This document shows, one piece after another, positions 1 to 9,611 of a DNA stretch of 24,610 nucleotides. The stretch covers positions 1-24,610 of IMG/VR virus record IMGVR_UViG_3300032087_000151. One strand, given 5' to 3'. The stretch is from a virus (lineage: Duplodnaviria; Caudoviricetes). The position numbers were made by a program, and so were the translations under genes. Within the stretch, counting starts at the first letter, position 1. Each line of letters begins with the position of its first letter. Below the pieces are notes generated by a model, which was not told the DNA's origin, did no database searches, and was given only the letters and a program-made list of their open reading frames with translations.

Positions 1-457
1 GGGTTGTTAAGTCGTCAGAGATACGCCATGCGTTTCTCCACTCACGAGTAGATGGTAACTGTTCCTTGCTACATATTACCATTTTAGGGCGGTTGCCCTC
101 ATCCCAAGTCTGCCATACAGACTGCGGAACATCTTTCATAATCAGGTACTCAATAGCTTCTTCTTCTGTCATTGCACCGACAGGTTCTGTTTCGTGCAAC
201 AGGTAGCCACGAGTATGTTTCTTAAAATCTTCCTGCGCTTCATCTTTGGCTAACTCATGGTAAACCCACACAGGTGGTAAGATGCCACCCTGCAATGCAC
301 AGGCCATCCAGTTAGGGTCTGGCACAAGTATCTTGGCGCACTCATCAATGCTGTCCTCGTAGACCACACGGTAGTCTGACTGATAAGCCTCAAGGTTTTC
401 CTTTGCCCAGCATAGTCTGTCCCATAGATGTGTGCCTTTAAATTCAGGTGTGTTCAT
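1..457 (-). CDS. Conserved marine phage tail-region hypothetical protein (runs off the left edge)
   Basis: Not in the ORF track. ATG at 457 overlaps the upstream TAA (TAATG). The frame is open to the window edge: MNTPEFKGTHLWDRLCWAKENLE...REWRNAWRISDDLTT. Confidence 0.85.
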   Translation of the reverse strand, partial: MNTPEFKGTHLWDRLCWAKENLEAYQSDYRVVYEDSIDECAKILVPDPNWMACALQGGILPPVWVYHELAKDEAQEDFKKHTRGYLLHETEPVGAMTEEEAIEYLIMKDVPQSVWQTWDEGNRPKMVICSKEQLPSTREWRNAWRISDDLTT

Positions 458-870
458 TATGCGAGGTCTCCTAAAACAGATATACAGCAAATAGTTATAT
501 CGCCTGAACTACCAGAAGATATTCTGTGAATAGTTCTTTGTGAGGTAGTACTATAGGTAGAGGCAGGGTCATCCCCTGCTGTGCCAGTAGTTCTAATACC
601 TATTGCAGAGTTAGTACTAGCGGCTTCTCCCTGTGTGTTTGCCAGACTTACTGCATAATTAGCATTACCCATAGCAGATGCTATGGTGTTGGTGTAATCA
701 CCATTTGCATTGTCGGTAAGGCTACTGTGGTTAAAACTGTCACGGGCGGCAATAGTACCAGTACCATTCAAGTTCACCCAAGCCTTCGCACTACCATTAA
801 CAACATAGCTGGTGGCGATATCAGCACCAGCACCAGTTTCCAAAGTGTCTGCTATAATCTTTCCAGCCAT
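457..870 (-). CDS. Small tail-tip/fiber-associated protein, paralog 3 (AKAWVN...GDLA)
   Basis: Likely start is MAGKIIAD at 870 (TAATG coupling). Has the AKAWVNLNGTG...TDNANGDY motif typical of marine phage tail-fiber C-terminal domains. Confidence 0.75.
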   Translation of the reverse strand: MAGKIIADTLETGAGADIATSYVVNGSAKAWVNLNGTGTIAARDSFNHSSLTDNANGDYTNTIASAMGNANYAVSLANTQGEAASTNSAIGIRTTGTAGDDPASTYSTTSQRTIHRISSGSSGDITICCISVLGDLA

Positions 871-1286
871 TATGCGAGGTCTCCGAATACATTTAAACAA
901 ACAGTGTGTGAATCTAAAAGAGCAAACAAAGAATTACTCTGATAGACAACAATCTGTTGACTTGTTGTTGAAAAAGTGCCTGTACTGGCAGCAAATATTG
1001 AACCCGAAGTTCCAGATGTATTCCAAGTGCTTATTCCTGAAATAGAATATTCAGCATTTGACATTGCATTTGTATAATTAACTGAATAATTACCAGTCCC
1101 ATTATCTACCAACCCACTTACGCCTAGCGAGTCACGCTCTGCAATCGTGCCAGTGCCATTGAAGTTAACCCAAGCCTTTGCCACCCCCTGTTGCAGTTGC
1201 ATCGTAGCAGAACCGCCCTCAGAGGTAATCGTCACATCGCCAGCAGAAGTCTTGCCCGTGAGGTTGTCCGTAATTATCTCACTCAT
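870..1286 (-). CDS. Small tail-tip/fiber-associated protein, paralog 2
   Basis: Likely start is MSEIITDN at 1286 (ATGA coupling). AKAWVNFNGTG...DNGTGNY motif; ends GDLA. Confidence 0.75.
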   Translation of the reverse strand: MSEIITDNLTGKTSAGDVTITSEGGSATMQLQQGVAKAWVNFNGTGTIAERDSLGVSGLVDNGTGNYSVNYTNAMSNAEYSISGISTWNTSGTSGSIFAASTGTFSTTSQQIVVYQSNSLFALLDSHTVCLNVFGDLA

Positions 1287-1669
1287 GCTAGGTCTCCGTG
1301 TGAAACAATTTCGTTGGATTGCCAATCAAGTGCAGTTAAACCCGCACCGCCATAAGTTGTTTTCATAGCAACACTGCTTGTTGTGCTTGTGGCGTGTCTA
1401 TGACCAAGCGAATCATCGGTAACGCCCTCACTTCCATGATATGAACCGCCTCCAGTATTTGTATAATAGGCGTCTGAAAATGATGATGCGTGGTTTCTCA
1501 AGAAATCTCCTGTAGCAGTATCTCCAATACTGCTGACGTTAAGCGAGTTTCGTACTGTGTTTGCAGACTGGTCATACACAACCCACGCCTTTGCCGCATC
1601 TTGCTTAGTCAGCGTGACAGGGCTAGTGCCGTCTGCCGCTACGATTGTATCTGCTTTTAATGTACTCAT
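1283..1669 (-). CDS. Small tail-tip/fiber-associated protein, paralog 1
   Basis: AKAWVVYDQ...SLNVSSIGDTATGDF motif; ends GDLA; ATGA coupling to the upstream gene. Confidence 0.75.
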   Translation of the reverse strand: MSTLKADTIVAADGTSPVTLTKQDAAKAWVVYDQSANTVRNSLNVSSIGDTATGDFLRNHASSFSDAYYTNTGGGSYHGSEGVTDDSLGHRHATSTTSSVAMKTTYGGAGLTALDWQSNEIVSHGDLA

Positions 1670-2115
1670 AGCGTCACCAATGTACCACCTGAGTTAACAG
1701 TCAGGGTAACCCCTGTTGCTACTGTTAGTGGCCCTGTTACGTTAGCGTTCTCTGTTGCCAATATAGTTACGTCATCATTCAAGGTTTGTGCGTTGGTACG
1801 GAACATACCGCCAGCCTTGAAGTTACCCTTGTTCTCAGCAGCAGGAGCAACCGACCCCATTGATGTACCCATGTACATAACAAAGATGTTGCCAGTGCCG
1901 CTTGATGGGGCAGCAGAGAATGTTAGGGTAGTACCATCAGGCACAGTGTAGGAATCTGTCGGCTCTTGCACAACACCATCTACAGACACAACAATGTCCT
2001 CTGCCCGAACTGTTCTGTTCAGGGTAAACGTGGTTGCTGAACCAGTGCCGTTAAACTCCTGCTTGGCAGGGCGGCTTTGGAAAGCTGGTATTGGTGCTGC
2101 GCCTTGATACGCCAT
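1666..2115 (-). CDS. Tail-associated structural protein
   Basis: Beta-rich FNGTGSATTFTL...VSVDGVVQEP...TLTFSAAP module common in marine phage tail proteins; AAGGAG RBS. Confidence 0.7.
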   Translation of the reverse strand: MAYQGAAPIPAFQSRPAKQEFNGTGSATTFTLNRTVRAEDIVVSVDGVVQEPTDSYTVPDGTTLTFSAAPSSGTGNIFVMYMGTSMGSVAPAAENKGNFKAGGMFRTNAQTLNDDVTILATENANVTGPLTVATGVTLTVNSGGTLVTL

Positions 2116-2125
2116 GCCCTACTCC

Positions 2126-2470
2126 TTATGTAATATCTAGGTGGCTAAGTACAACGTCAACAGACGATGCAGTGTCAGACTCAACAGTGATTGTATCACC
2201 CGGTTCTAGCACTACCTTCTGGTCACCGCCTACAACTACAAGTGAACCACCTACAGGAATGGGTGCTGCTTTTACAAGGTGAACATTATCCACTGCACCG
2301 CTAGTACGTCCAGCACCATTTAGCTTTACGTCTACAGTAACTTGGCTAGTCACAATGTTAGCAATACTCAAACCAATAATGGTAGTTTCAGTAGAAGCAG
2401 GACAAGTGTAGATAGTGGCAGCAGATGTACCAATAGCTGTATCTGTCTCACTTAGAAATGCGTTTGCCAT
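2126..2470 (-). CDS. Small tail-associated structural protein
   Basis: 114 aa, beta-rich, with TIYTCP...KVVLEPGD motif. Follows the tail fiber; GGAG RBS and its own promoter. Confidence 0.7.
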   Translation of the reverse strand: MANAFLSETDTAIGTSAATIYTCPASTETTIIGLSIANIVTSQVTVDVKLNGAGRTSGAVDNVHLVKAAPIPVGGSLVVVGGDQKVVLEPGDTITVESDTASSVDVVLSHLDIT

Positions 2471-2496
2471 TATTTACTCCAATTAATTATACGGTA

Positions 2497-2525
2497 ATTA
2501 TACCATATTTTTACGTGGTTGTCAA
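2497..2525 (-). promoter_or_regulatory. Sigma70 promoter (leftward)
   Basis: Perfect TTGACA-N17-TATAAT with an extended TG, in the 55-bp gap between the tail fiber and the next gene. Confidence 0.85.
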
Positions 2526-4595
2526 CTACCCTAATGCAATTGCCATTGCAATACCACCATCACCACTTGCTGGTAGGTTAGTAAGCTGTGAGCCATCAAC
2601 TGCTGGCAGTCTAGCTGACCCATCTAACTGTACTACGTTGTTTGCACTTGTACCTACAGTCTGTGTAGCGGCTGTACCTAGACCTAGTGTAGTACGCTGT
2701 GCTGATGCATCTGCATCATCTAATAGTGCTTTACCTGCTGCTGTTAGGTCATATACTGCTGCAGTACCAGAACCAGTAAACTGAATACCTTTGTCTGCTG
2801 CAGATGTCAGGCCAGCAAGTGCTTGTAACTCTGCATCCAAACGTGCGTTAGCAACCGTGCCGGATAACTGTGCGGCATCTATTGTTTTGTTAGTCAGGGT
2901 TTGTGTGGCTGTTGTACCTACAATTTCCTGATTACCACCAGCAGGTAGTGTCAGGGTGTTTGTTACGCCAGCAGAGTGAGGTTGTGGTTGAAGTGTTTGT
3001 GCGTGAGCATTGCTAGACTCACAGTAGAACTTGACCTGTGAGCGTGTGCCAGTACCTGTACGAATATCAACAAGACCATCAGAAATAGAGACACCACCTG
3101 ATGAACCATCGCCATCAAGGTTTACAACTCCTGTTCCGTTTGGCAAGATGTCAATGTTACCATTAGATGTAGATACGATGTCGTTACCGTTTACATCTAA
3201 GTCACCACCAAGCTGGGGGGTTGTATCAGCAACCACGTCAGTTAATCCACCTGCAGCAGAAACAAGGTTTGCGACAGTCATCTTGCGTAACGCTGTTGCA
3301 GAGTTATCGTATAGAAGAATTAAATCGTTAGAACTGTCTACAGATGTTTCTGCAGTTTGACCTGTAATAACATTAGCATTAACCATTGCTGTTTCAACAG
3401 CACCACTGGCAATAGTAACTGCACCAGCACTGCTAATAGTCACGTCACCCGACACAGCAACTGGGTTAAAGTTTGTACCGTCAGCCACCATGATATGACC
3501 AGAGGTATTCGTACCCATAGTAATATCATCACCTGATACAGTCAGGTCACCAGTAACAGTAAGATTATTGCCTATTGTTACATTATTAGGCAACCCAATA
3601 GTAAGTGTTTGACCAGAAGCAGATGTTTCAATTTCATTAGTTGTACCAGCAATAGTCAAAGACTGCGAGTCTAAGTCAATAGCACCTGTACCACTATCAC
3701 CTGCAATGTCTAAATCTTCTGCAGTAATTTGTGTGTCTACATAATCCTTGACGGCAGCAGATGTAGGTATTGTTGTATCATTATCATTTGAGCCAATACC
3801 CTCTGACTCTAATACTATTGTAGCAGCTTTAAAATTGTCTACTTCAATATTAGATAGGGTATTGTTGTCAGCATCAATTGTTTTGTTTGTAAGTGTTTTT
3901 GTTGTGGCTGCAAGATACGTATCAAATGTATCCACAGTAGTCTGACGCATAGTTCCTGCATCGTTGGTTACAATACCATCTCCACCTGCTACAGCAGTTG
4001 TACCGATAGACGTACCACCATCCATCAAGTTTAGTTCTGCTGCTGTAGATGTAATAGCTGTACCAGCGTAGTTGATAGCGTCTACGTATGCAGTGCCATC
4101 AATGTACAAGTCTTTCCATTCAGCAGAGGTGCTACCAATATCACGAGTATCATCTGCATCTGGAATAAGGTCAGCACCTAAAGTACCAGACACAAGAACA
4201 TTGCCAGACAAAGTTACTGTACCGCCAATATTAGCCGCACCAGCAAGATGCAAGTCTTTAAATTTTTTAGAAGATGAACCTAAGTCAATATCGTTAGTTG
4301 TAGTTGGTTCAATAACACCATCTTTAACTACAAACTGTTCTGTTGATACAGAAGATACATCAATATTAAATTCAATCTGGTTGTTTGTATCGTCCACAAC
4401 AACTTTGTTTATAGGTGTAGCAACACCGGGGTCACCAATCAAACCAATGACTGGACCTTCAGCAGCAGTGCCATCATGTTTGTGGCCTGTGCTAATGCTA
4501 AATGCATTAAGTAGCTGGTTGAACTCGTCATTACTATCGGCAGCATTGATAATGTCACCGTCAGTAAATGTAGACTGTCTGGTATAACCTGCCAT
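2526..4595 (-). CDS. Tail fiber protein
   Basis: 689 aa, G/T/A/D-rich. N-terminal anchor ([11 protein letters not shown]), repeated TLTNKTID and D(L/I)GSxSxx(F/W)KDL motifs, C-terminal IAMAIALG. Lies after the nozzle gene. Confidence 0.8.
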   Translation of the reverse strand: MAGYTRQSTFTDGDIINAADSNDEFNQLLNAFSISTGHKHDGTAAEGPVIGLIGDPGVATPINKVVVDDTNNQIEFNIDVSSVSTEQFVVKDGVIEPTTTNDIDLGSSSKKFKDLHLAGAANIGGTVTLSGNVLVSGTLGADLIPDADDTRDIGSTSAEWKDLYIDGTAYVDAINYAGTAITSTAAELNLMDGGTSIGTTAVAGGDGIVTNDAGTMRQTTVDTFDTYLAATTKTLTNKTIDADNNTLSNIEVDNFKAATIVLESEGIGSNDNDTTIPTSAAVKDYVDTQITAEDLDIAGDSGTGAIDLDSQSLTIAGTTNEIETSASGQTLTIGLPNNVTIGNNLTVTGDLTVSGDDITMGTNTSGHIMVADGTNFNPVAVSGDVTISSAGAVTIASGAVETAMVNANVITGQTAETSVDSSNDLILLYDNSATALRKMTVANLVSAAGGLTDVVADTTPQLGGDLDVNGNDIVSTSNGNIDILPNGTGVVNLDGDGSSGGVSISDGLVDIRTGTGTRSQVKFYCESSNAHAQTLQPQPHSAGVTNTLTLPAGGNQEIVGTTATQTLTNKTIDAAQLSGTVANARLDAELQALAGLTSAADKGIQFTGSGTAAVYDLTAAGKALLDDADASAQRTTLGLGTAATQTVGTSANNVVQLDGSARLPAVDGSQLTNLPASGDGGIAMAIALG

Positions 4596-6097
4596 TAGCG
4601 TCTTGCTCCTACATCAAATTCTAGCTGAAATCCCTTCAGCGAATACGGGGCTGATACACCCCTGTCGTTTACCCGTAGTGCCACAGCAAATCCTGACCCT
4701 TCAATAGGCTGTCTAATTAATGGGTTTGACTGACCACCGTATGTTGCTGTTCCATATACTGATGAACCATAAACCGCAACCACTGTGGCTGTATCAAACG
4801 GATATGCAGCAGGACGGGGTACTTGTGGTGACTCATAGTCGTATCTTACAAACAAATCTGCATTTACAGCAGCTTCAGGTGCGTAGTTAATAATTATCCG
4901 CTGAAAGTTTTTACGGATACCTGCATCACCTAATGATAAGTCAGGAGACCTGTACTTACCTGTAATGGTATTACCATCAAAGTCATTACCTGTTTCTTGA
5001 CGATATACATAACCATCATACTCGCCGTGTAAAACTATTGATTCACCTTGGTCAACGATAAAGTCTGTACTACTTGGTCTTATACCACGAAGGTCTGCAA
5101 ACTCATATGTTTGTTTTCTAACTGCTATAACACCTGTTGTGTTTCCACGTGTTATATTTGCATTAGAAAAGAATATGCGATACTGTGTTTTATCTGGTAC
5201 AACTACGCTGTCAAATTCATCAACATCTGTCAGACCTTCAAAGCGTGGCTGTACCTGCCGACTAATTGTGCCAAGTTCAACGTCACCAATTTTCTCTGTA
5301 CCAGCAACAGTACGCAGTCCGTCTGGACCAAGAAAGATAATATCACCACCAACTTCCTGAATAGTATGTCCATTAACACAACCTATTTCACGTGTAACAG
5401 GTAACACTTGAAAGTCTGCTATGGTATTGCCAACTAATTTAAATATACGTTCTTCGCAGAATATAAATAATTGGTCACGAAATGGAAACAGTCCAGTAAT
5501 ATTACTGTCTACATTTATTGTACCTGCACCATTAGCTGTACTAAAATCACTATCTGTAAAAGGTGCTGTAAAAGTTATTGCCTGTGGTGTAGCAGACATA
5601 CCAGCAAAGAACAGTGCATCTTTAAAACCAACTACAAACTTTGGGTTAGCAGGTGCGCCTGTTGCGTTGAGGTCAGTAACAGTAGTGCCATCATACTTGG
5701 TCGCATGATTTGCGCCATCAGCCCACACGATAAAATCTGTGCCAGCCAGATTGTAACGGAAGTGTGTGTACTTACCAGCATTTGTTCTGCCAGTGTCAAT
5801 CTGTGTCCAGCTACCTGTTGTTCCAGCTTCATGTATTTTACCACCACGTGCCGCAATAACTTTATTATTAAAGAAAGCAGACATTAGAACCTTTTCACTG
5901 GAACTAGCGTCTTGAGGCACAATATTAGTATTCCACTTTGTGTATCCTGAGATACGTCTGTATCCGCCTTTAATGTCTGGCTCAAAGTTTTGCAACTCAA
6001 GTGCCATACCCGGTTGCATTTCAAAGGTAGATAGGTCTAATACCAATCCCCCTGAACAGGCAAAGACAAATGGGCTTAATCCTGATTCGTCTGCCAT
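4595..6097 (-). CDS. Podovirus tail nozzle / DNA stabilization protein (tail tubular B-like)
   Basis: 500 aa with a beta-propeller-like pattern ([25 protein letters not shown]), directly after the adaptor gene. Confidence 0.7.
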   Translation of the reverse strand: MADESGLSPFVFACSGGLVLDLSTFEMQPGMALELQNFEPDIKGGYRRISGYTKWNTNIVPQDASSSEKVLMSAFFNNKVIAARGGKIHEAGTTGSWTQIDTGRTNAGKYTHFRYNLAGTDFIVWADGANHATKYDGTTVTDLNATGAPANPKFVVGFKDALFFAGMSATPQAITFTAPFTDSDFSTANGAGTINVDSNITGLFPFRDQLFIFCEERIFKLVGNTIADFQVLPVTREIGCVNGHTIQEVGGDIIFLGPDGLRTVAGTEKIGDVELGTISRQVQPRFEGLTDVDEFDSVVVPDKTQYRIFFSNANITRGNTTGVIAVRKQTYEFADLRGIRPSSTDFIVDQGESIVLHGEYDGYVYRQETGNDFDGNTITGKYRSPDLSLGDAGIRKNFQRIIINYAPEAAVNADLFVRYDYESPQVPRPAAYPFDTATVVAVYGSSVYGTATYGGQSNPLIRQPIEGSGFAVALRVNDRGVSAPYSLKGFQLEFDVGARR

Positions 6098-6104
6098 GTA
6101 TCAC

Positions 6105-6824
6105 CTAAAACATTGCTGTGTTAATGCCGTATCTCTGCGAGTGCGGTATATAAGTTGACCTCACATAGTCTACCCTGTTTAACAGGATTGACTGCATATG
6201 TTTGATGCCGTCTTCAAATCTTGAAAAGTTAATGCCATACTGTTGTGCTTCGCCGCGATACTGATAGGCATATGCAGTAGCACCATCTGCAATTACCTGA
6301 CGAAACTGTTCTGGTATTGTCGGTACATCTGTTGCTGCAGAAAGAGCAGTAGGTCTGTCAAAATATTCAAATTTTAATTCATAACCTGCATCTGGATATG
6401 GATATAAACCATAGTTATTATCTGGTGTACGAAACACATAGATAGGAACACCGCCTACACCCGTAGTACTTTCTTGGTCAATGAATCTGTCTACGTATTC
6501 TTTATAGTCAAGTACTCGTAGAGTTGTACCTGCAACACCAAGAGTATTATCTTTTGATATTCTAAATGTTTCATAGTCAACATGCGTAGCTGTAGTTGGT
6601 ATAGTGTAGCGAGTTGTGTTTGCTACCAGTGTTACAGTGCTAGTTGCATGTGAAAAAGGCCAACCAAATTCACGTTGATTGACATAGTTGATAGCATCGT
6701 TTACAGCGTTTTTACATTGTACTTGAAATCCACGTGCGCCAGTTGCAAAATTAGAGGCAGTTAATTCCACCTCATTCATTCTTGCTAGCACTTCGTTTGT
6801 CAAGCCTAAGTAATCATATGCCAT
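6105..6824 (-). CDS. Head-tail adaptor (tail tubular A-like)
   Basis: YLGLTNEVLARMNE N-terminal helix and LYPYPD...PTIPEQF motifs; sits between the capsid genes and the nozzle. Confidence 0.7.
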   Translation of the reverse strand: MAYDYLGLTNEVLARMNEVELTASNFATGARGFQVQCKNAVNDAINYVNQREFGWPFSHATSTVTLVANTTRYTIPTTATHVDYETFRISKDNTLGVAGTTLRVLDYKEYVDRFIDQESTTGVGGVPIYVFRTPDNNYGLYPYPDAGYELKFEYFDRPTALSAATDVPTIPEQFRQVIADGATAYAYQYRGEAQQYGINFSRFEDGIKHMQSILLNRVDYVRSTYIPHSQRYGINTAMF

Positions 6825-6835
6825 CGTTAATTCCT

Positions 6836-6872
6836 AAAAGAGTAAGTGAGGGCAAGTTGCCCTGCCCTCACT
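6836..6872 (-). terminator. Intrinsic terminator after the capsid/decoration genes
   Basis: AGTGAGGGCA/TGCCCTCACT 10-bp stem with a GCAA-containing loop, followed by TACTCTTTT. Confidence 0.8.
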
Positions 6873-6882
6873 AAGTGATTAC

Positions 6883-7362
6883 TTATGCAAGTGTGTCACG
6901 GTCTACTTCGTCAGCAGCCATGTCACCTTGGTCGCTGATGTCCATCATCACAGCGTAAGCACGTAGCTTACCTGCTGAGAATGACGCACCACTACCCGCC
7001 AACACAAAGTCAATTGTGTCAGAAGAAGTAGATGGTGCTAGGCCATCAATTGCAACCTGTGGAGCGTAATCGCCATCAGATGCACCGTCAATGTCCAGTG
7101 CGGCTGCAAACTCATCGACATCACCACCAGTGAAACCAAGAGCAGCAGTTGCGTCTGTACCTGTATTCATAGTTGCAGATTCTACAACTTGAAAACCTGC
7201 TGCCATGATTAATGTGTTAGCAGGTACGGTAATTGCCTGAATAGTATCACCGGGGGCAATGCTATTTGTGGTCAGGTCAATTGTGACATCTACGTAGTAC
7301 GGGTTACGTCCACGCTGTGAGTTCCCTGATTCAGGGTGCAGTACTGCAGTAATGTTAGCCAT
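6883..7362 (-). CDS. Capsid decoration/cement protein (putative)
   Basis: 159 aa, acidic and beta-rich; lies between the MCP gene and the terminator, so it is probably made at high copy. Confidence 0.65.
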   Translation of the reverse strand: MANITAVLHPESGNSQRGRNPYYVDVTIDLTTNSIAPGDTIQAITVPANTLIMAAGFQVVESATMNTGTDATAALGFTGGDVDEFAAALDIDGASDGDYAPQVAIDGLAPSTSSDTIDFVLAGSGASFSAGKLRAYAVMMDISDQGDMAADEVDRDTLA

Positions 7363-7377
7363 TTTTCAATACTCCCC

Positions 7378-8433
7378 TTATACCAAGTTAATTTTAGCAT
7401 TAACAAGAGCCTCTGGACGTAGAATCTTACGACCATACAGGTGCATACCACGAACGATGTCAGCAAAGCTGTCAGGGTCACGATATGTTTCTGTCTTGTT
7501 AATCTGCTCTGCAGTGGCTACTGCTGATGAATGTCCAGCAACAATCATGCCATAGTTGGAAGCGTTAGTACCACCAACGGTATCTGAACCTGTTCCAATT
7601 GAAGGCAAGTTGTTTGAAACATACACTTGGAAGCCGTGCAAGTTATTCACTACAAGTCCGTTCTGCAGACCTGAACCACCAAAGTCTGAGTTCAGAAGTT
7701 TTGAGTCTTCGTCCTTCAGTACTTCTAGGAACACTGGGTCTACAACAAGCCAACGGCCTTGAGTATCCACATTTTGCTGGTCTAGCTTACGAGCCATACG
7801 AGCAATAACCATTGTTGGGTTAGCATTGCCTGAACCCGGTACAGCAGATGCACCCGGTAGACGTGGCTGAATCCCAATTGATGAACCTGCAGAGCCACCG
7901 AAATCGTCAGCTTCCAGTTTCATTGATGACAACAGTTCGTCAGAACCAGCAGTGCTTACAGATTTTGAACCGTTAACAGTTGTGTTAACAGTATCCGCTA
8001 CACCGTGGATTGCAGACTGTTTAAAGCCAGTTAAGTAGCCAAGAACGTCTTGGTCAAACTGGTCAGCTAGGCGATAAGCTGCACGGTCACTTGCCAATTG
8101 CTGGAAGTTTACGTGGCTGTGCGCCTCTTCAATGTCATCAACCTTAAATGCAAAGTAGTTAGCTTTGTCAATTGTCAGGTTAAAGTCTTCGTCATCAAGG
8201 TCTTGCGGTGTGATAGTAGTACCACGTGCATAGTTCTTGACTGTAATTTCGGGTTCTTTGATAATCTTAACGGAATCACCCATTGCAGCAATCTCACCGA
8301 AGTAATCATTATTAGTGATTGCTTCAGCAACGGCAGACTTGCGGAAAGCAAGCTGCACCTGTTTGCTGTAAATTACAGGTGAAAAATTACCGTTAGGAAG
8401 ATTACCATACCCACTTGCTGATGCAAATGCCAT
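7378..8433 (-). CDS. Major capsid protein (HK97 fold, HMO-2011-type)
   Basis: FSPVIYSK...GEI...GDSVKII and RDPDSFADIVRGMHLYGRKILRPEAL motifs; AGGAG RBS; follows the scaffold gene. Confidence 0.93.
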   Translation of the reverse strand: MAFASASGYGNLPNGNFSPVIYSKQVQLAFRKSAVAEAITNNDYFGEIAAMGDSVKIIKEPEITVKNYARGTTITPQDLDDEDFNLTIDKANYFAFKVDDIEEAHSHVNFQQLASDRAAYRLADQFDQDVLGYLTGFKQSAIHGVADTVNTTVNGSKSVSTAGSDELLSSMKLEADDFGGSAGSSIGIQPRLPGASAVPGSGNANPTMVIARMARKLDQQNVDTQGRWLVVDPVFLEVLKDEDSKLLNSDFGGSGLQNGLVVNNLHGFQVYVSNNLPSIGTGSDTVGGTNASNYGMIVAGHSSAVATAEQINKTETYRDPDSFADIVRGMHLYGRKILRPEALVNAKINLV

Positions 8434-8488
8434 GATTTTTCTCCTAAGTTAGCATTTTTTCTACAGATGCAAACTCACCAGACTATCA

Positions 8489-8563
8489 GAGGCTAATTCA
8501 TTTGGGTGTGTATTCAAGTAAGGTGGCCGCCCTACTGTTCAACAGGCCAAACTCGTCAGGTAA
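8489..8563 (-). promoter_or_regulatory. Structured element in the MCP 5' leader
   Basis: Nested stems CTGA/TTAG, TTTGG/CCAAA, TGT/ACA and AGTAGGG/CCTTACT, with loop CGGCCA. Confidence 0.55.
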
Positions 8564-8634
8564 TCCGTAAGCTGTGTTTGTTTGCTGTTATGTGTGGATA
8601 TATTGCGCTATACATCCACACTTGGTTACATATA

Positions 8635-8662
8635 GTTATACTGAAAAATAACTATTTGTCAA
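8635..8662 (-). promoter_or_regulatory. Sigma70-like promoter for MCP
   Basis: TTGACA-N16-TATAAC(TATA) immediately after the scaffold stop codon. Confidence 0.7.
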
Positions 8663-8669
8663 CACTTTT

Positions 8670-9545
8670 TTATCTGGCAGAGCCAGAAATATCATAGATA
8701 AACTTTCCTGTGCGGATAGCTTCCATAATATCGTCTGCGTTCTTTTCGTATTCTTGTGGCGACATTGCCTGAACTGCAGATTCTTTTAAATAAGTGGAAG
8801 CCTCGTCTGTTTGAGGTGTGCTTCTACTGCCTTTAGTGGACACCGCTTCAGCAGCACCTTTAGTTTTTTTAGACTTCTTCTCACTTGTAATCCCTCTATC
8901 TACTTTATATAAGTCAATTGCTCTAGCGGCTGACCGTGCATCATTATCATTTTCGTAGAGAGCATCTTGCACCCACTTAGGTTGCTCATCTGCCCAATCA
9001 TGAAAGTCATCACTATCACGAATTTCCAAAAAATCTGGATGCAATCTAATCAACTCTGCTTCCGCTTTTTCCTTTGATGCAGATTGTTGCATCTCGTCAA
9101 TTGCTTTCATGCGGTCTTCAAGTACACTTGCTTGCTCTGCCGCTTTCTTCATGGCAATTGTTTCTACAATCTGTGCTACATCAGGATACTCTTTGGCCCA
9201 TTCCTCTATGTCTTCATCAGACTTAGGAAGTTTCATTTCTTTTTGAGCAGCAGTACTTAGCTGTCTTTTTAGTTCATCTATTTCTTTTTTAAGTTCTTCT
9301 GCTTGTTTTTGCTGATGCCTACGTAAATCAGAGTAACGCTTTTTAAAAGTACGTTCTTCTGCGTTTGCTGGCTCTGCTTCTTCCTCTTGTGCTGGCTCTT
9401 CTACCTCACCCTTTTGTTCTTTGATGAGTTGTTCCAGTTCTTCCTCTTCACGCTTAATTCGCTCTTCTTGCGTGTAAGGTTTGTTTGCAAATGCAACCTT
9501 TTTTGGTGATTGCATTTCTTCTGCCATAATAGCTGTTTCAGCCAT
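8670..9545 (-). CDS. Capsid scaffolding protein
   Basis: Acidic coiled coil (FKKRYSDLRRH, HPDF...F..W); directly upstream of MCP; AAGGAG RBS. Confidence 0.8.
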   Translation of the reverse strand: MAETAIMAEEMQSPKKVAFANKPYTQEERIKREEEELEQLIKEQKGEVEEPAQEEEAEPANAEERTFKKRYSDLRRHQQKQAEELKKEIDELKRQLSTAAQKEMKLPKSDEDIEEWAKEYPDVAQIVETIAMKKAAEQASVLEDRMKAIDEMQQSASKEKAEAELIRLHPDFLEIRDSDDFHDWADEQPKWVQDALYENDNDARSAARAIDLYKVDRGITSEKKSKKTKGAAEAVSTKGSRSTPQTDEASTYLKESAVQAMSPQEYEKNADDIMEAIRTGKFIYDISGSAR

Positions 9546-9611
9546 TGTCTTCTCCTTATGGGGCTAACCGTAGCCAGTGTTGGGGGGTTAGGTAGCCATT
9601 GATATGTGGTC

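Noticed and set aside
457-1669. Diversity-generating retroelement acting on the tail paralogs
   Set aside because: No reverse transcriptase in the window and no near-identical repeat pair differing only at adenines.
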